DNA of 64,000 nt from Eledone cirrhosa (Eukaryota). Location of the stretch: contig OZ024740.1 of NCBI GenBank assembly GCA_964016885.1, forward strand, positions 192,572,001 to 192,636,000, in the 5' to 3' direction. Positions within the stretch are counted from its first letter, which is position 1; each line of letters begins with the position of its first letter. Positions 26,850 to 38,639 of this stretch are shown here, piece by piece. A program made the translations under genes and the position numbers. The notes under the pieces were generated by a model, which saw nothing but the letters and a program-made list of their open reading frames with translations, was not told the DNA's origin and made no database searches.

Positions 26850-28309
26850 TATTTAGTTGATATACTTTTAAGCTATCATCAAGAATGGGGAAATTCACGT
26901 CTGTTTCCTTCAGTACATGGCTTTCCAGCCTCATGGATGATCGCTTATCAGAGTGTCTAAAGGCCGTTGATGGTTATGGAAACATTTTTTAAAGCGGCCC
27001 TCCGACCACCTACATATGATTTGTCCTCCTGCTGTTGTTTTAGCCGAGTGGATGTAACTTCATCCTCATAGAAGACTGCGGGTATGTTACAATGTTGTTA
27101 AAGAGGGCATGATCCTGACATGTTGTAAGAGCGGCGGTTGGGAGCAAGTCTTTGTCGTTGGTGTTGATGTGGGCTTTCATATTTTTAGCATAGAAATATA
27201 CAAGTTTCACCCTGTGTATATTAAATATAGGTCTGTTTCCATGTGCTATATGGAACTGTTTGTCTAGGAGTGCCAAGAATTTCTTAACTTCATTTGTTTT
27301 AACACCAAGCGATAAGGGTGGAAATAAATAAATTATTTTTAAATTTCTGTTTTTCTTTCTACTGGTCGTGTGATTAGGAGGCAGTAAGAAATGTTATCAG
27401 AGAAGACGCTGTTGCCTAACGCAGTGTTTATAGTGAGGCACCTCTCTCTCAAAGATGGCCTTGTTAGAAGAAATATTAGAAATCCCAGAGCTGATGATTT
27501 TTACGAATTTTTAAAGACCATAAGGTGGGTGACATGAGTCCTTGTGAACATAAGGTAACTTGTCATTAAGTTTGTGGAAAGGTATGAATATGTGTGAGTG
27601 TGTGGGGGGGGGGGGGGGGGGCTGCGTATGGGTGTGTGTGATGGTCTGGGTAGATGCTTAAATAATATATGCTAGTCAGATTGGTGGCTACAGTCATCTT
27701 AAGTCCTAAATCATTGAACGTGTCTATTTGGTTTTTCTTAAATCGGTCAAGGTAATAACCGCTTTTATGACTCGATACAGTCAGACAGTTGTCACGTTAT
27801 AAAGCCGTGTGGAAGTCCAAGAATTTGATTCGCAACGTATCTAAGAAATATAATCAACCAAAAAACATACATACATACATCAGCACTATCGAAGGATCCC
27901 ATTGAAACATCGAGTAGTTCTGACGGAGTTGATTATACTTTTGGCCCAGTCTACACCATTACTGAAGAGGGGTTTTTTTGCAGTGGGTAATGAATAATCT
28001 GCCTCTCATAGTCCATTATGTGGAACTTAACAGCAAGTTACCTTTGCTGCTGTTGAAGGAATGGAAGCACTTAAGTACAGAGTATCTGTCTTCCCATTGG
28101 AACTGGTACGATTTATTCCTAATGGTCACAACTAGTCCTCTATGAATAGAGTTTCTAATTAGCCCTATCTCTGTCCATAATGAGTTCATTGGTCTACAAT
28201 TAGGCTTCATAGCCAAATAGTCCTTGTTATCCTTAAGGGTAAAAATGGCCTCTAGCTTAGCTAGGCATTCTAGTAGTTTCTTATCTACATTAAAGGTGGA
28301 TGCTATGTG

Positions 28310-28310
<1 letters not shown>
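26850..28310 (-). mobile_element. Heavily decayed Penelope-like element (RT and linker)
   Basis: Frameshifted PLE motifs: MGSFDSADV, ALLDKQF...IFNIHRVKLVY..KNMKAHIN. Confidence 0.7.
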
Positions 28311-28365
<55 letters not shown>

Positions 28366-28519
28366 TCAGTAGTTAAGAAAATAAAGACCACCAACTCACA
28401 TTGAAGACATTAGTCACAGAGCGTCAATATTAATTGCAGTTTAATATAAAAAAGAGGATAAAGTGTCAATTTACAACCCTAGATTACGAAATTGTAATAG
28501 GCTGACCATTAGCAAGCAC

Positions 28520-29210
28520 CTTGGCAATAATAACCCTAGTAAAGCCCCTGCCAATTCTGCTAGAACCCATAGACGTAGCAGGCCTAGACAAATCACCTGG
28601 CTTAACCCCACTTTCTCATCTAATTTAGCTACCAACATCCCTAAACGCTTCTTCTCCATCCTATCTAAACACCCTCCCCCCAACCATAAATATTACCAAC
28701 TCATTAATAGAAACTATTAAAATCTCCTTCTCCACTACACCAACCTAGCTAGCCACATCGCATTCAGTAACCATCAGAAAATAAAAATATATACCCCCCC
28801 CCCCCGCCTGCGGCACCATAAGCACTGCATGCAAACATACCAATACTCATCCTAGTAGCAGAACACCCCCTTCCAACCCCACTAGTACACACCAGCCGCA
28901 GAGTTTAAACAACCCTACTCCTACTAATCGCAATCGTAATTGCAACTGCCGTAACCCCACTGCGTGCCCGCTTAACAGGCAGTGCCTTACGTCCAATATC
29001 GTATATAGATGCACGGTTAGAACGACCTCATCTACGAGCTCTTATATTGGCTCTACATCTAACTCCTTCAAGGTTCGCTATAATGCGCACTCATTTTCCT
29101 GCCGTGATCCTAACCATAGATGCTCAATTTCTCTAGCTAGGCTCATTAAAAACCTTAAACTAGCCAACATTAAACATTCACTAGTTTGGGATATCTTACT
29201 CATTCTGTGA
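28520..29210 (+). mobile_element. Decayed Penelope-like element (linker and GIY-YIG)
   Basis: RQITWLNPTFSSNLATNIPKRFFSILSKH.PPNHKY..LINRN; CNCRNPTACPLNRQCLTSNIVYRCTV...YIGSTSNSFKVRYNAH. Confidence 0.85.
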
Positions 29211-31544
29211 CATACACAATGACTTTTCTTTATATTTGTTTTCTTCTCTTCGTTTTAATTTGATTTTCTTTACCCTATGCAAACACAATCTGACTTCAAT
29301 AAAACATATCAAAACAAAGAGCAAGTGCTATCGATGAGAATGTCACAAAATAAGTCACGAAACAAGTTTCATAATTAAATATGGCAATTAATAAACTAAC
29401 CGTTAAACCCATTGTTTACGTGCCGAATAATAAAACAGAGATGAAACGCAAATTGTGCCTGTGTTTTACAGGCAGCATGAACTCGCAATATATAACAATT
29501 TTTCAACACACAAATTCAAATAAAGAATCTTGCATAACAGATACTAAACTAAGTCAATCTATATACTGCGCGGGGGCGCCATTATTCCTCTATTTCTTTC
29601 AATACACTGACCATACTGTAGCAGCATGGCGCAGTCACCAGTAATTATGACGCCATTTCATTTTCGTATTGGCAGTCTTAATAGAACAAAAGTGGGCGAC
29701 ATATATATTAAATTTCTGGCACACGTTCCTCTACATTTACAAGAGAAATACGACATACATTTTGATGTGTGTCATTTATGTCTCTGCTGCAGACACAATT
29801 AACTTTGGAAAAAGTCGATAGTTATTAAATATTTCGAATAACTACATGCTACAAATACAGTTTGATCAGGTGAAAAGGATTAATGGTGTCGAAATACACT
29901 ATATATTTTATGTAGAATTAAACGTACTGAAAATATTTGAAGCCAAATTCTATTTGGCATGCTTCAGAAAACGATACAAAAATTACAACCGGAGCATAAA
30001 ATTCGCATTGGCAACAGATCAAAGTAAGTCTTTTAAGCATTTTTCTTATTGAGTCTAATCTTTATAGGCTAACAAGAGTGCATCATTTGGAAATTTAGTT
30101 AATTTAGGTTATTTCATTTTTCTTCTTTCCACGTCAACTTATTTTTATTATCATTATCATCATAGCGATCGGCATTATTTGACGTGAAAATCGATTTCTC
30201 TGCCAAGATGTTTTGAAATAAACACCGCAAACAATGATTTCTGGAACAAGGTTTCATGCGCATAGTTACTTTAATCACGTTTGTGTTTTAAGATTTGTGT
30301 CCACAATATTTTGGACCTGATCATTAAAGTTTACATCGTAAAAGATAATAGTTTGTAATAGCTGTAATGTTTGAAAATCTCACCAGATTTGTTTATCGCG
30401 CGGTACGTTATCTGACAATCAATATGATAAAGTAGTGAATATAATAGGGTTTTATAGAATACGTAATTTGAAGCGAATGCTGCAGTAAAAGTGATTAATC
30501 ACTATTCAAAACCATTAGGTGAAAGCAAGGAATTTACTATACCAAAATATTCGTGGAGTTGATCATGGTTTACTATGGTTTCTGTTCTTATGTTGCCAGC
30601 ATAGTTCTATTGACACCGAATGAAATTGTCAATCTCAATAAACTATATAATTTAGATAATCCAGAGCGTCTTCCGTTTTCACTAATTACATATGATACAC
30701 TGTTCATTGCATAGATCCAATGCAAACCATTGATATTTATACTTGGCGGTGTATTACTCACTAGATGCAAGTCGCACATTTATAATTCAAAGTTATGTTT
30801 ACAAGTGAAAGACACGGTTAGAGAATATCTCAAGTTTAGTTAATATTCCTTTTACGTTCGAAAATTAACGTAAATCTCAGAATCCGAGGTAACTAGTGAT
30901 GGTCTTGTTATATAATATTTTCCTGGCATAGTGACAAAGCAACACTATTTTCTAGATTTTCTTCACTCTAAAGTAATGTTTACAAACACAAAAGATTATC
31001 CATGTCACGTAGCAAATGAACTGACGAAACCATTACAAAATTAGAATACTCAGAGATGAAAATGTCAAAGGCATTTTAACCATAATATGTTTGGAATTGT
31101 GTGGTTTGAAACACAATTAACCCTTTTGATACTGAACTGCTTGAAATTGCCACCGATTTTAAAATGAAAAACTGTTTTCAAAGAATATATCTACCTAAAA
31201 TATTTCCGTCATTCTTTAATGAAAAGCATTTGTTACAAACAACAATTCAATGCGAAAAAGTAAATTCTTGATATATTTCAAAATTATTTAAAACATAAGG
31301 AATATGGGAATGAAATTGTTCATATATTAGAGCTAGAAATATGTTTGTTATGGATCACACAGGCTAGTAAATTATGCAAAATATTTACACTCACTCCGTC
31401 GGGGAGCCCTTACGGGTTACCAACAGGGCTAGAGTTAGCAGCGTTCTGTCTGACGTTCGTAAAAATTCATTGATATTACCAGAACGCTTTTTGAGCATAC
31501 ATGTGCATGATTAGGTTGGTCAGACGAAAATAATATTAAAATAG

Positions 31545-31729
31545 AGCCCGTTGGATTGGCAGTTTAGGTAGAGGATCGGACACCATGCATAGAGTTAAGG
31601 CCCTTACCATTCTGAGTTCAAATCCCACCAACGTTAACTTTGCCTTTCATCCGTACGGGGTCGATAAAATAAAGTACCAGTAATGCACTGGGTAATTGCT
31701 GGCCTTTGCCAAAAGTAGAAACAATTATT
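31545..31729 (+). mobile_element. tRNA-derived SINE with ATT tail
   Basis: A-box-like tggcagtttaggt, B box gagttcaaatccc, central gcctttcatcc..cggggtcgataaaataaagtacc (resembles the MetaSINE-type domain, from memory), 3' end ctggcct.tgccaaaagtagaaacaattatt. Confidence 0.8.
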
Positions 31730-31949
31730 TTGTCTCGCAGAACATATATTTAAAACACCTTTGGAGTCACAACATGTGTTCTCCTCATGACTCTTCCGCA
31801 CTTTACTATGGATATGCTAATAACGTGTGTAGTCTTTCAGAATGAGTCTAGTTTCACGAACATAACTCCAAATTCCATTCATCCTGATTGTTTGCTGCGT
31901 TTAAGAGCTAATACAACGATCTGACATAGACACAAAATAATATTGATTT

Positions 31950-32140
31950 ATGTAGGAACAAGACCAAAATATTTGGGGTAAGGAGAATGACGAATAAGTC
32001 GACCCCGTACTTGTCTAGTACTTAATGTATCAAGTATGATGAAAGATAACGTTAGGATTTGTATATAAAAAGTAAAGAGCTGGAAAAATACTGCTAAGCA
32101 TATGTCCGATGTTCTAAAATTTCTGCAAATTCAACGCCCA
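31950..32140 (-). mobile_element. Degenerate copy of the same SINE
   Basis: Remnants gtcgacccc, aggatttg, aagcatatgtccga and ctgcaaattcaacgccc are collinear with the 33194-33381 copy. Confidence 0.5.
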
Positions 32141-32151
32141 TTTAAACATGA

Positions 32152-32173
32152 AATACTACTACTACTAATACTG

Positions 32174-32208
<35 letters not shown>

Positions 32209-32302
32209 GATGATGTTGCTACTACTACTACTACTAATACTACTACTATTATTGTTGAAGCTAATGTTGTTACTGCTGCTACAGTTGCTGCTGTTGCTAA
32301 TA
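32152..32302. repeat. Degenerate trinucleotide repeat (ACT/AAT/GCT)n
   Basis: Direct reading; source of the poly-Leu ORF 32102-32557. Confidence 0.9.
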
Positions 32303-32600
32303 GTAACACCGTCTGACAGAAATTTGTCAGCAAAAGAGTATGAGAAACTTGCTAAATATAAAGATCTAGAATTTGAGATAAACAGAATGTGGTACCTTAA
32401 AACAAACTTTACCGGTATCGATAGCAGAGCTAGGTGTCATAAAGAAGGTGTTCAGATTTTTCTAGGAAACATATCTTGTAAATCTAGCATCTATGAAATC
32501 CAATTGAGAGTTAGAACAAGTACCACTCATAGATATCGTAAATCTTTGTCTTTGTAATATATTACAAAACACATTTTTTTCTGTTTAATTTTTAGAGCAA
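32303..32600 (+). mobile_element. Old R4/Dong-like RLE retrotransposon 3' fragment
   Basis: PSDRNLSAKEYEKLAKYKDLEFEINRMWYLKT...IYEIQ...T.H..RKSLSL*, homologous to 54075-54400. Confidence 0.75.
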
Positions 32601-32918
32601 ATATAGTCAATAATTCATACTATTCAAATATCATTAATGCAAAATCAATTCATATATATTATACATCTTAAAACTCCATTTTTATTGTTTCTGATTTTTA
32701 AATTATTTACCTCTCAACTTTTGTGATGTGACATGTTATGAGAATGTAAGAAGGAATAAAAAAAAAAACTATCAAAAACTCTCAAAAGACAACGATGCCT
32801 GACCAAGTATCTGTTCGATACTCGGTAGTCGTTGCACATAAAAGGAAATCAAAGAAAAAAAGAATAATAATGATAACAACAACGAGAAGAAGAACAACAA
32901 CAACAATAGTAAAAATAA

Positions 32919-33091
32919 TTGTTTCTATATTTGGCACAAGGCCAGCAATTACCCAGTACATTACTGGTACTTTATTTTATCGACCCGGTAAGGATGAAAG
33001 TTAAAGTTAACCTCGGCAGGATTTGAACTTAGAATGGCAAGGGCCGTAACTCTATACGTCAAAGCATGGCGTCCGACCCTCAACCGATACT
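32919..33091 (-). mobile_element. tRNA-derived SINE with ATT tail
   Basis: Reverse complement of the 31545-31729 family; flanked by degenerate AAT/AAC repeats. Confidence 0.8.
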
Positions 33092-33193
33092 AATAAAAAT
33101 AATGGTTACTCATATGGATTTTAATGGTTGTATGGTGGACCAGGTTGAAAGGACTGAAGACAGACACTTTTCACTTAATAATAATAATAATAA

Positions 33194-33381
33194 TTGTTTG
33201 TACGTAAGGCACAAGGCCAGCAATTGACCAGTGCATTACTGGTACTTTATTTTATCGACCCCGTAAGGATGAAAGGCAAAGTCAACCTCGGCGGGATTTG
33301 AACTCAGATCGTAAAGGGACGTAACTATGCTGGAAAGCATGGCATCCGCCCCTCTACCGATACTGCCAATCCACCGCCCTT
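33194..33381 (-). mobile_element. Full-length tRNA-derived SINE between two (AAT)n tracts
   Basis: Minus strand ggcggtggattggcagtatcggtaga...gagttcaaatcccgcc...gcctttcatccttacggggtcgataaaataaagtacc...ggccttgtgcc..caaaca(att)n. Confidence 0.88.
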
Positions 33382-33650
33382 AATAATAATAATAATGCTG
33401 TCTTTATTAACCACAAAGGTTTACATAAAGTAGACATTAAGGACAGTACAGGACAATACAGGACGGTACAAATGGGCATTTCTGCGTATTAAAAATAAAA
33501 ACAAAAAAAACAGAGGATGTAATAAAAGGTCAATGAAAAATTCCCCCAATAGGGGCGAGACTTCCGCGGGCCATCGTGGAGAAAGCCCATTAAATAAAAC
33601 CAAGGCGTCCCTGATCACCAAGGCAAATGTCCTCTCCCAGTTTTCCATCT

Positions 33651-36366
33651 TCAATTTACAAACACATACTCAGAGTAGGCCCATTCACTCGGGCCATACT
33701 CTCTCACCCATCTTTCAACAAAATGCTGGGATGAGAGTACTTCCCTCTCTACACTGATTTTCCTTTTTAAATGAAAATGGAAAAAGTTAATCAGGGCATC
33801 ACCGAAAAGGTAAGTGCTCGTCTTCATCCCTTTCAGACGCGTCCACCATACTATCTCTTTCGCCATGGCCACCAAACAGATAAAAACTGTCTGCCCTTTC
33901 CGGCTAAAGGAGGAGGGCAGGGCAATCCTCACGATGGACTCAACTGGCAGTGGATCCATTCTACACGCGACAGCAGGTGTTCGACATAAACCCACAAGTC
34001 AGCAATGCTCGGAACTGTACGAGTGCATGCAGGACGGTTTCGTCCCTCTGCGCTCTTCTCGGACATGAGCGGCTGACGGCACCACCATGCCTGTAGAGTT
34101 TATCCCGAACTGGCAAAGCTCCGCGGTAGCAATGCCAGGCCAGGGATTTCTGGAAGTTGTCCATAGGCCCCGGCCCGAAAGTCCTTCCAAAGAGATTGGC
34201 TAGTTGATATTCGTCGACGCCTAGAGTTTCCCCAAGTACGTCGTCGCTCTTCCCCTCCACTAATCCTCTATAAAACGCCAAGGTGGAGTTTCCACCGATC
34301 ACATTGCCCGATTGGTCGGGGCTGTGAACGCCTGAAGACATTCCAGTCTCGAAACACTCCCTCTCGGCCTTCGCTCGACCCAGCACTGAAGCTCCGTCAA
34401 GGAGAGGAGCTGGGGAAAGACACGTCTAGCAAACGGCGACCACACCTGATCACCGTTGAGGAACAGGTCGAGATGTCGTAGCCTTAGCGCGTACTGTTCA
34501 TCATCATCCATGGCATGCCCGGCCCTCCACGTAGCGGGTGTTGACAGCAGATGGACTGCCTCACCATCAGAGCGCATCCCTTCCACAAAAAGCGGAATAG
34601 CAAACTCTCCAGCGCAGTCAGACGAGGCTTAGGACAAGGCACGACGGTCAGGTGGTAGTAGATGACGGACGCGATGTACGCATTCGCCACCTCCGCTCGA
34701 CCTTTCAGGGATAGCTTCCTCTCCGCAGATTTCTGGGTGAAAATAGCCACCCTGCTCGTCACCTCGTCACAGTTTTTGTACGTCTGGTGTCCGGACCGAA
34801 CCATACCCCTAGCAATTTAAGCGGTCCGTCCGTCCAGCGCCCGACGACGCTGTTGGACGGCATGGACCTGCCTCTCCATTGATATTTCCTGGTTGATCAT
34901 TGCTCCTGTCACCGCTTCGTATTCTCTTAGTGTAGTGCCGATCACCTCGATGTGTTTGGCGTTCGACACCACTACGGTGACATCGTCCGCATATGCTGAC
35001 ACGGATCTTCAACATCCTGTTGCCAGTTGCAGTAGACGTCCGCCAAGAGCCCTCCGAACAAGTCTGGCATCCGTACGTAGAGTTCATAGGGCAGACCTTT
35101 GAAACGAGGCGATTTACCCCTTGTGCAGCCAGTCATTGCCTCTCGTACTTCAGCTGCTGTTATCGGCTTTTCGCAACACTCCGACTCAGTGTCCGGGATC
35201 GAGTAACATGCGCCCATCGTGGTCCACCTAAGGCCGGATCGTGGCTTTGAGGCTACGCCGCGCCTCCGCCACTCGGGCAGATTGAACGGCTTTCGTCTCC
35301 TCGTGTCTGAGAGCACGCACACTAGCTCTGACAACGCAGCATTCGTGCTTTGCAATGAAGAATTGGTCAAGGGCCAATTTCGCCGCAAGTACGTCGGTCG
35401 CGATGCCTTTGCTAAGCGCCTCTTCTAATTGTCTAACTAGTTCTCCCTCTGCTCTATTTTTCTCTATTGCTAAAGCCTTACTAAACCTAATGGACCCTAT
35501 TATAATTGCTCTTTTCAGAGCAAACCACCACTTGTTGTTGACGATGGCCCCTGTCAACGCCCGCTTAACTAGTTCGCTAATCCGGTCTCTGTAGGCCTTG
35601 CGCGCTGGTAAGAACGCGTTTAGCTTCCAGTAGCCGGGTCCTCGTCTATGAAGCCTATCTAAGTCAAGCACACGGATCACGAATGTGTGGTCCGTGTAGC
35701 TGACTGTCTTGAATTGTGGATAGCCTATGCTAGACCTATCTATTTCCCTACAAAATACTCTATCTAGATACGATCTGGTGGCCCTATGCGATTTGTCCAA
35801 GTCTACATTGGTACATACGGGAAATCCAATCGGTACCTGTCAGACAGTTCAAAACGCCTGAGCAGGTTGGTGAGACTCTTGCACCCTCCTCCCCTATCCA
35901 CTAATCCCACAAAATCCCAGCGTGCATCTAAGATCCCGTTCCAGTCGCCCACTAACACTAAAGAGCGGGACGTTCCAAGAATGGTCTCCAGACGCCGGGA
36001 GAAATCAGGCCGCCCTGCTCCTGTCGGGGCATAAACGGCCACTAACCTGAAAGCTTGCCCGTCGCTGCTGGTCACGTCCAGCACCACCAACTTACATTCT
36101 GGGTCCAGGAAGATGGCCCGTAAGACAAGATCCAAACCTCTCCGAAAAAGCACAGCAACTCCTCCCTCCGATCCCGGACGGCTGGGAGATGCGTACACAT
36201 CGTAACCGCCGAAGATCGGTGCGAAGGCCCGTGCTTCGGAGATTCTGATCTCGCTGATGGCCACTACATCTATGTTTAGTGACCTGAGGTCGTTGAGCAG
36301 GTGGCCCTGCTTCCATAACGACCCCAAGCCACGCGCGTTTATGTTGCCTATTCTGAGTGAGGTCAT
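33651..36366 (-). pseudogene. LINE ORF2 (APE endonuclease, RT, zinc-binding C-terminus), frameshifted
   Basis: MTSLRIGNINARGL..VAISE, VAVYAP, LVGDWN, SYLDRVF, DHTFV, GPGYWKLN, GKSP..GLPYELY, SAYADD, CPR...ETVLHAL. The sequence jumps from CNWQQD to SVSAYADD, so the central RT is missing. Confidence 0.9.
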
Positions 36367-36402
36367 GTTGAAATGGAGTGGAAAAGATGGGAAAGACCAC
36401 TT

Positions 36403-38397
36403 ACCTTACTTCTCGTAGAGGAAGGACGGCTTTTCCATCCTTTTCACTGCTTGTGGCCTCCTCAGGAAGGATGTCCTTATAAATCCTCCTGGAGAGTGCT
36501 TGTCGGAAGTCTCCGATGTCTTTGGGGAATTTTTGTTTTAGTGTCATGTACGTTTTCTGTGTGATGCGAGTGATTTGTATGTGTGGAGGTGGTGTGAATT
36601 TTGGGGTTGTTGTGTAGTCTTTTTCTGTGATGCTGGTGTTGTGTTTGATGTAGTGTAATCATTGGTTGTTCAAATTTAAAGCTGTGTAGTGTGTATCGTT
36701 TTGGTTGTTTTGTTTTGTTTGCGTTTGTTGTGGGTTTGTTTCTGTTTCGCATTTTGGTGACTTTTGTGGTGTAGGTAATGGTGGTGTTGGGGTTAATGAT
36801 GGTGATGGTGTTGGTGTTTGGGGTGATGGGGTTGGTGATGCTGGTGTGGATGGTGGCATATCTGTCCTAACTGTTTTGTTTGGTAATTTATTTGTTTCCC
36901 TCTGTATTTTGTTTTTGGAGGGGAAGGAAGAGAATTTTTCTTTTTTGGTTTCTTTTTTTCTTTTTTCCTGATACCGTTTCCAACTCCTCGTCGTCACAAT
37001 CTGTCTCCAGTCGTGATAGGCCGAGGAGTGTAAAATCCTCCACAAGCGTTAGTTTTGGTTGTGGCGTGGTGGATGGTGTAGGCGCTGGTGCTAGTTCTGA
37101 AGCGTTGGCTGGTGGTGGTGTTGGTTTTGCTGGTAGTGGTGTTGGTTTTGCTGGTGGTGGTGGTTTTGGTTTTGCTACTGTTGCTGGGCTTGTTGCTGTT
37201 ATAGTTGCTTCTGTTGCTGATACAGTTGTTGCTGCCATCTCTGCTACTGGTGGTGTTGATGGTTGAGTCACTGAGGTGGGTAGGAGAGGTGGCCTCAACC
37301 TTTTAGCCTGAGGGAAGAAAGCCCTTAGGTGGGTTCCTTCACCACAAACGACACACCTAAGCCTTCTGCCCTCGACAATTACGGTTCGGTGGCTGCCGTC
37401 AGTGAGCTCTATTACCTCTGGGATCTCCTCAATGCTTTTTTGGTCCGCTTGGATCAGGAGCTCCATCCCAGATCCGGACCAGTTCTCCTGCTTTTCTTTT
37501 GCTATTTCTATTATCTTTGTGTTGGCTTCGATGCCGGCGAGGACGGCCGCTATTAGCCAGGGAATTTCGATCGCCGGTGGAACGTGGGTCACCCTGATCT
37601 TTAAGAGTCTCTGGCCACAATAGCTTGGGACGAGTGTGAAGTCGTCACTTCTTAATGGGGCCATGAAGTGTTCTCTAGCCTCCTCTGATGTTTCAAAGAA
37701 CACGTCCACGGTTCCATACTTCTGTCCAGGTCTGATGTGGGTTTTTCTTGCCCACACATGTACCAAAGCTTTTGGGATTTGGGACTCGGATGCCCGTTCC
37801 ACTCGGCGCGATTTTACATTAATTGTTCGATACGACACGGTGCATAGGCGCCCATGCTCCATTTTATTAGGTGGGGGTGAGGCTGACCCTGTACCCATCT
37901 TTCTTTACCATTTTTTTGGCATTTTCTAATTCTTCCTGAGTTACCGTAAATGCTTCGCACTGTTTTGCTACTCTGGCAAAACTCAGGGTGGTTTTTTAAT
38001 GTCATTGTTGCTGTTGTTGTATCGTTATTTTTGTTATTATTAAATTTAGTTTCAGTTGTGGTGGTGGTGACGTCAGTGGTGTTCGGTGTGGATGAGTCCA
38101 TTTTGGTTGAAATTATTTCGACATTACGAGTTGATTTATTTTTTCCTTTTGTTTCTGTTGTCGCGGTGGTGGTGGGGTGGTGGTTGTCGCGGTGGTGGTG
38201 GTGGTGGCGGCTTTAACACCTACAGTCATTGGTAATGGCGGGAAATGAAAGTCTGTCTGAGACAAATTTAAAATATTGCCACTGCTTAAATTCTTTGTGT
38301 TGGCAAACGTAGTAATATTTACAATGGTGGTGTCGGTGTGAGGTGTTAGTTTGTGAGGAAAGCTCTCAGCTGCTTGGTGCAGAGGTGAATTAACCAT
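36403..38397 (-). pseudogene. LINE ORF1 (gag-like, zinc knuckle, Pro/Thr-rich tail), frameshifted
   Basis: ORF 36888-37898 contains VIVEGRRLRCVVCGEGTHLRAF (degenerate CCHC). The N-terminal extension in ORFs 38113-38397 and 37814-38101 is shared with copy 2. Confidence 0.8.
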
Positions 38398-38604
38398 TTT
38401 TTTCAAAGAAATGTTTTGATAATCATAAAAGTTTAAATTTTGGGCATAAGGCCCCAATCTTTTTGGGTGTCCTTTTCGGAAAACAATGTATGTGCGCTTA
38501 TAAACTGTTAACAATAAAATTTTCGATAAATGGCAATTTTTAACAAACGGAAATAACAAACCTTTGCGGAGCTCACGATGATACGATTTACTACGTAGGT
38601 CGCC

Positions 38605-38637
<33 letters not shown>

Positions 38638-38639
<2 letters not shown>

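Larger units (their letters stand above)
33397..38604 (-). mobile_element. Tx1/L1-clade LINE, subfamily A copy 1 (both termini present, internal RT deletion, decayed)
   Basis: ORF1 and ORF2 remnants; 5' end GGCGACCTACGTAGTAAATCG; 3' end CCTTTGTGGTTAATAAA..(ATT)n; (AAT)n on both sides. Confidence 0.92.

Noticed and set aside
29565-29680. Small GC-rich patch with CGCCAT (YY1-like) motifs, a possible promoter
   Set aside because: Short motifs only, with no linked exon or other support.
32102-32557. 151-aa ORF with a poly-Leu signal or transmembrane-like stretch
   Set aside because: It is a trinucleotide repeat fused by chance to a Dong-like RLE fragment.
33194-33381. tRNA gene call for A/B-box sequences
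   Set aside because: There is no cloverleaf, and the boxes are heads of multi-copy SINEs.
38560-38604. Possible HDV-like ribozyme at the LINE 5' end
   Set aside because: I could not find a P1 partner for GGCGACC or the nested pseudoknot by eye; this needs a covariance search.
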